A DNA stretch of 64,000 nucleotides from Macrostomum lignano (lineage: Eukaryota). The notes beneath the pieces were generated by a model. The model did not search any database. It was given only the letters and a program-made list of their open reading frames with translations, and was not told the origin of the DNA. The position numbers and the translations under genes are program-made. The DNA is taken from positions 1 to 64,000 of the forward strand of contig NIVC01001216.1 in NCBI GenBank assembly GCA_002269645.1. The letters are read 5' to 3'. Of the stretch, positions 58,458 through 64,000 are shown piece after piece; position 1 is the stretch's first letter; every line of letters begins with the position of its first letter.

Positions 58458-59545
58458 TTACGTTGAGGTGCAAAAGGTGCAGCGATAGCGAAGGCAGCTG
58501 CCAGCTGAGGGTGACCGCATCAAATCGAAGAAGCTGCGGATCTCAGCCTCCGTCATCGTGTCGTTCATGATGGCCACCGCCTGCACCGTGCCGTTCAGCA
58601 TTCGCGAGTCGCCATGTCGAAAGCCCAAGCGGATGCAGCGACATGTCGGCACGGTAGCGGCAGTCCGGGAAGCTCGCTCCGCAGCAGACCTCGGCACAAA
58701 CCCGGAGTTGGAGAAGAAGTCGTGGCTTAAAGGAGAGGCCGAAGTGACGCCGACCTCAACGAATCCATTAGGGTCAAACGAGTTCCAGGCGGGAGGCAGG
58801 TAGTTGTCATAGTAAGATGGAGCCACCCGGGTGAAGTACAGGCCCCATCCGCCAAAATATCGCAGTTGTAGGATTCGAGCAGCGGTGCCTTCACTCGGAC
58901 AGTTCGCTTGAGTCTGACCAGCCACGTGAGTCCCTGCTGCACGCTGGCGAACTCCACGTTCTCCAGCCACATCTTGGACGACACTCCGTCAAGCTTGGCT
59001 CCCTCGCTGCTCCACTCCAGATTCTCCGACATCCACTGCTGCGTCTGGATGCACACCAAGTTGCTCCTGCTGGCGTCCGCATCGTCGCTCATCACCCAGG
59101 AGGCCCTCAGCTTGACGCCCAGCTTCTTGCTCAAGGTGATGAAGCCGGCAGCTTTGGCATTGGCGAATGCGGCACAGCGGCCGGGCAGCGAGCTATCTGC
59201 AGCAGCGAGTCCATCGATGAGGTAGAGCGAGAAAGAGCGAGCACTGGCCGGTGTCCGAGTCGAACTGGGCCACCTGCAGGCCGCTCGAGGCGCCATAGTC
59301 GAGGCACTCGATGATGCCTCTCGGAATCTGGGCAGCTCGAACGGTCAGATTCTCAGGCAGACATTGCGGGCTGCTCAGGCGGTGCCAGTAGCCTGGTAGG
59401 CTTTCGTAGTGGACCATTTGGGCCAGGCATGCCGCTGTGAGCAGAACGGAGACTGGAGTAGCGATGAAGCTGGTTGCCACGCTGGCTGCAGTGCGATATT
59501 GCGAATTCGAAAGCTCGAGATGAGGTAGCAGCAGAAATCCTGCAT
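58458..59545 (-). pseudogene. Intronless PAN-like plus LamG/ConA-like secreted protein gene with at least two frameshifts
   Basis: The protein-like sequence runs through three successive frames. Frame 1: ..VLLTAACLAQ..IIECLDYG..FDSDTGQCSL. Frame 2: YLIDG..WLENVEF..LTWLVRL..PLLE. Frame 3: ..GGWGLYF..FVEVGVT..GFRHGDSRMLNGTVQAVAIMNDTMTEAEIRSFF. The first shift is a 10-nt duplication at about 59225-59240. Confidence 0.6.
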
Positions 59546-60599
59546 GCAGTAAAATTTATTCTGCTCCCGTTGTTGAACTAAATCGCCCCTAGCAACCAGC
59601 TGCTGTCCAAGCCGTCAACTCAGGCTGCAGCCACCTCAGCCGCTCTTGATGAATAGCGAGATTTGACAAATGGGGGAGGCGAGTCGCCGCTCCGCATGCT
59701 GGTGGCGCGGAGGTGCGAAACTGTTGGGATGCGGCTGCGAGTGCCGCGGGTAGGCAGGAGTGAAATCGCCCCTACCAGCAGCTGTCCAAGCCATCAGCCC
59801 CATATGGCCATCTCAGAAATTGAAAATTTTCCCAAATGAGGAAGCCGTTGCGCTGCCTCAGCAACTCCCCTGCTGGGCTCTCCGCAAGCAGAGGTGCCTG
59901 CATGAAGTAGCGAAGATGGGGGCATTGGGCTGATGGAGCTGGCACATGCGGGTGACGGAGGCTGGGCTGGAGGCTGTCCAGGACCCCACCAATGGGCTGC
60001 TGGCTCGGGTTGCTGGAGTTCGAAAACGGGTCGACACGGACGTCAACGAGGTGTCGCGGGCGCCCGCTGGAGCCCTGGCGAATTGGGAGGCTGCGGGTGC
60101 TGATGACGGATGCGTGTATCTGGTGAGGCTGGACCTGTTTCTGACCGCCTTGCTCTGTGTTCTTGCCTTCATCAACAGTGGGAGTACCCAGCCATTTTCC
60201 GCCCGTCAAACTACCAAGGGGGCCGGGGGACAATTTCGTTTGCTGCGCCGGAACGGAGCAGCGCAGGCACACGAAAGTCAAGAACACGGGCAGCAAAAAC
60301 TTTTTGTTGCGCACCTTCTCAAACAAGAATCAAGTCGCCAGCCCTCCGGACCGTCGAGATATTAAACGATTCTGCCTGAATGTCGGATTTTTCCCATAGC
60401 GCCAGTGTATTCAGTACACCCCTGTGCGCCAATCAGCACCGCGCCTCAGTGCAGCCTTGCCAAGCCTCCAAATTTCATCAGCACGTCGATCACATGCGCC
60501 TGCATCAGATCTGGCTTCGTTGGTCACTGGCCTTCACCCAGGCGGAGCTTCTGGACCTTCAGCAGGTGGCACTTGGACACCCTGATGCGAACTGGTTCC

Positions 60600-61225
60600 A
60601 CCCTGAGACTTACTAGTTCCACTCTGAGTCTTGTTGGTTTCACTCTGAGTCTTACTAGTTCCACCCTGAGTCCTTCTAGTTCCACTCTGAGTCTTATTGG
60701 TTTCTCCCTGAGTCTTACTAGTTCCACCCTGAGTCTTACTAGTTCCACCCTGAGTCTTACTAGTTCCACCCTGAGTCTTATTGGTTCCACCCTGAGTCTT
60801 ATTGGTTCCACCCTGAGTCTTATTGGCTCTATCCTGAGTCTTATTGGTTCCACCCTGAGTCTTATTGGCTCTATCCTGAGTCTTACTTGTTCCACCCTGA
60901 GTCTTATTGGTTTCACCCTGAGTCTTATTGGCTCTATCCTGAGTTTTACTAGTTCCACCCTGAGTCTTATTGGTTCCACCCTGAGTCTTATTGCTTCCAC
61001 CCTGAGTCTTATTGCTTCCACCCTGAGTCTTTTTGGTTCCACCCTGAGTCTTATTGGCTCTATCCTGAGTCTTATTGGTTCCACCCTGAGTCTTATTGGC
61101 TCTATCCTGAGTCTTACTAGTTCCACCCTGAGTCTTATTGGTTCCACCCTGAGTCTTATTGGCTCTATCCTGAGTCTTACTAGTTCCACCCTGAGTCTTA
61201 CTAGTTCCACCCTGAGTCTTATTGG
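60600..61225. repeat. 21-bp minisatellite (TAGTTCCACCCTGAGTCTTAC)
   Basis: About 30 copies; explains ORFs 60405-61415 and 60524-61231. Confidence 0.95.
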
Positions 61226-61253
61226 TTTCATTTCGAAGCCTCCTTCTTCTAAC

Positions 61254-61542
61254 CGGAAAATTTTTGTTTTTGGCAGAAACTGTAGGATCGCAAAGGAAAA
61301 AAGCCTATCTTCTGAGCGTCAATTTTCTTTATGGATGTCAGCCGACTATTTTTCCATGTCTCGCAGGTATGCTCAACAGACTTGCTCAGTCCATTGGACT
61401 CCATGGCAGCTCTAATCTCCTCCCACGCCTTTCTTTTCTTTCTCTTTGCCTCAGAAACGTCTGCCAAACTACCATACGGTATTGACTTGCAAGCTCCCAT
61501 CACGGACAGAAAAAGTTTTTTTTTCTGATCGATGGACGTCAT
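61254..61542 (-). CDS. Myb/SANT-like (MSANTD / Harbinger ORF2-type) DNA-binding domain exon; downstream exons unresolved
   Basis: KKRKAWEEIRAAMESNGLSKSVEHTCETWKN matches the W..I...M...G...S......W pattern of Myb/SANT-like domains; donor G|GTTAGA at 61254. Confidence 0.6.
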
Positions 61543-62303
61543 TTTAATACAAAGTGACGAAAAGCCGCTTCATATTCCATAAATTCGAGCCTTCTCGCCT
61601 TGAGAGGGCCCATGTTCTTGCCGCATAGATTTTTGTCCATGGCACAAATCCACAGACATGAAACCAAAACTTGCCAACTTACTTTGGTTTAGCAGTGCTT
61701 CATGAAATTGGTCCCAGCAGTTTAGTCCTATGACCGAGTTTTATTCCTACTGACTGGATTATTTACACAGTAAAACCAGAATTTTCTCAAGTTCGAAGGA
61801 CAAACCCGCAGAGAAGACGCGTGAGCATTTGCTCACGAGTTTTAACACATTTAATTCATACTGACCTGAGAAAAAATGCTCGCAATTAAGTTTTTTATTC
61901 ACTTTATTGTCTGTGTGGAAACCACTGCACTACATGTGTTTGAGTTGCTCCTGTATAATTTGAAGAAACACATGCTGAAAACACGCGCAAGGCACACGAA
62001 TAAACGGGGGAATTGCCGTGACGGGGCGCATATAGTGACAGAGAAGGTGCAACAATTTGTAAGAATTGACACAAAGTGAAGTACTTTAGGCCTTAAAATT
62101 TGCACTACATCTAGGCGTGGGCAAATACTGAAATTTTCAACGACCAATCCCATCATTGTTCAAGTTTAGAGGACAATGGCCGCACTCTTATACAGTACAT
62201 GTCTACGGGGCTGAGACAAACAAAAGAAGCAGACATTAATAGCAAGTGCTAAATTGGAACTAAATAGTGGTATCTATAGCTTTTTTACTTAAAAATAATT
62301 TCG

Positions 62304-63934
62304 ATGGAAGTCAGCAAAAGCCACGGAACAACGCCAAAGGAAATCAACGATGTGATTGACGGCATCGGGTTTGGTCGGTTCCAGGTAAGGTAGCTTAATC
62401 TCACGTGTGACCCATGACCGTGACTTTGTGAGGCTTCAACATTGTCTCACAATAATTATTACAATATTTTACAAGAACTTGATCTTTTGACCTTGAAATT
62501 GACCTTTAAATGATTTCACTGTAGATATTCGTTACGCTTCTATGCGGCCTGATTCAAGCCAGCGACAAGATGCAGATTCAGTACGTCAGCCTGGCCAGCA
62601 GCTGCAGTGCGTTTGGAAGATCAGCAACTTTTGGAAATCCTGCATCACCTCGGTCACTTTTGTCGGCATGCTTGCTGGCGCCTACCTTTGGGGTCCGCTG
62701 GGCGACAAGTTCTGCCGTCGCTCGGTCGGCAGCGTCTGCATGGGCTTCGTTGTTCTCTACGGTTGCCTGACGGCTGTGGCTCCGAGCGAGATCTGGGTGG
62801 TCGCGCTTCGATTCCTGGTGGGCGTTGGCGTTGGAGGCCTGCAGGCGTTGATAGCCGCAGTGCTGGGCGAGTTCTTGACCACGGATAGCCGAGGTGCAGC
62901 GTGGTTTGTGTACCAGGTAAGGGCGAGAGAGCTGATTTGGTGTCACCTCACCGACTTACTGCACCATGCAGGCACTTTCAGCTGATTCAATATTTCATTC
63001 AGCAGACTCTCCGGTTAACGAATTTGTTTAATTAGGTGAGGCTCTCTTGGGAACCCTCGCAATGCCTTTGATAGCTTTTTCCGGTGGCTAAATGATAACG
63101 AAACTTTACTAAGCCTCTTGTAGCTCGTAGTAGGCAATCATGAAAACAGAAACAGCTGCTCACTTTCTCAACTTCAAGAGTCAGAATTTTTTCTGTTTTT
63201 TCATATCCGGCCAAATTGGGCGCAGGGACTAGTTAAACTAAGTTAACCTAGTTTAAGTAGTCCCTGATTGGGCGCTAGTGGTGCAGTCAATCCTTACAAC
63301 AATAATTCTCAGGCACTCTGGTGTGTTGGCGCTTTCTTAGAAATCGGTCTGGCCTGGCTACTACTGGAATCGACTCCTCACGGCTGGAGATACCTGGCCG
63401 TGCTAACAGCTTTAACCATGTTCCTACTGAGCCTTTTCTGGACGCTTTGGCTGCCCGTGTCTCCCAGGCAGAGTCTGTTACAGGTGAATTGAGAAGTGCT
63501 AACATCAAATTCGACTAACAATATGGTATGCCTCTGCTGTCGTTGCTTCAGTTGTAAATGTTTCATGCCTTATTTGTATTACTTTGCAGGGCCAAATTTC
63601 TGAGACTCGGGACGCGCTGAACAAAATGGCCGACACAAATTCGCAGCCTCGCTACCTGGGTGAATTCGTCATTACCGATTTGCGGGCCACGGAAAAGAGT
63701 GGCAGCCTCAGGGAGCTGTTCCGACCGGACTCTTTTCTGCGGCTGAGCGTGCAGCTTGCCGTCATCGCATTTGCATCCGGATTTGGCTATTACGGCATGA
63801 TTTTGCTCAACGTTCAGGTACCGCTGCTGCTGCAAGAGCGATGCCATGCTAGCAACGTCACAGCGTCCGTGTATTTTGAGAAGCCCGAGTTCCACTGCCG
63901 CAGGTGCGAATCCGTCAACTACGTCGAGCTGCTG
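62304..63934 (+). CDS. SVOP/SV2-like MFS transporter, 3'-partial, one frameshift near 62593. Exons 62304-62384, 62525-62916, 63313-63483, 63590-63934
   Basis: VIDGIGFGRFQ, LWGPLGDKFCRR (MFS motif A), LRFLVGVGVGG, GWRYL, WLPVSPR and FGYYGMILL are collinear with SVOP; all introns are phase-0 GT-AG. Confidence 0.85.
63223..63266. mobile_element. 44-bp palindromic micro-MITE with 8-bp TSD ATTGGGCG (hAT-like CAGGG terminus)
   Basis: Arms CAGGGACTAGTTAAACTA / TAGTTTAAGTAGTCCCTG match 17/18; identical ATTGGGCG at 63215-63222 and 63267-63274. Confidence 0.85.
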
Positions 63935-64000
63935 GTACGTTGAGAGTTGCGTTTGAATAATGACCTCACTGGCTCTAGCTAGGTGTATACCTAATGCCCT

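Noticed and set aside
59772-60365. Overlapping GC-rich ORFs on both strands as a separate gene
   Set aside because: No domain was recognised. They may be downstream exons of the Myb/SANT gene, but I could not assemble a consistent frame.
60405-61415. 336-aa Ser/Leu-rich ORF resembling a membrane or coiled-coil protein
   Set aside because: The 21-bp period keeps frames open; it is a minisatellite.

Overview
This is eukaryotic (metazoan) genomic DNA with GC-rich exons and AT-rich spacers. Nearly every intron is filled by its own tandem repeat. That style suggests a free-living flatworm such as Macrostomum, but this is inference only. I rebuilt the gene models by hand, matching splice phases. 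In window order they are: a Bcl-2-family gene (+, start codon out of frame with the main ORF), a 4xSH3 adaptor (+, SH3D19-like), a complete p190 RhoGAP (-, 8 coding exons, about 1441 aa), a MAM-like-domain single-pass membrane protein (-), a secreted C-type lectin/PAN protein (-), a frameshifted PAN+LamG-like gene (-), a Myb/SANT-like exon (-), and the 5' part of an SVOP/SV2-type MFS transporter (+, one frameshift). Mobile DNA includes an intact DD34D mariner, a 5'-truncated RNase H-type LINE with a 13-bp TSD, a tRNA-derived CORE-like SINE and a 2.6-kb foldback element. There are also several MITEs: two copies of one 8-bp-TSD family, a GC-rich 266-bp element, a 100-bp piggyBac-type element and a 44-bp palindromic element with an 8-bp TSD. 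Most long ORFs in the supplied track are translation artefacts of minisatellites. The most unusual signal is the link between repeats and splice signals. One transposon carries an array of about 34 consensus AG|GTAAGT donors, one intron is built largely from copies of its own donor junction, and other arrays carry AG|GT motifs.
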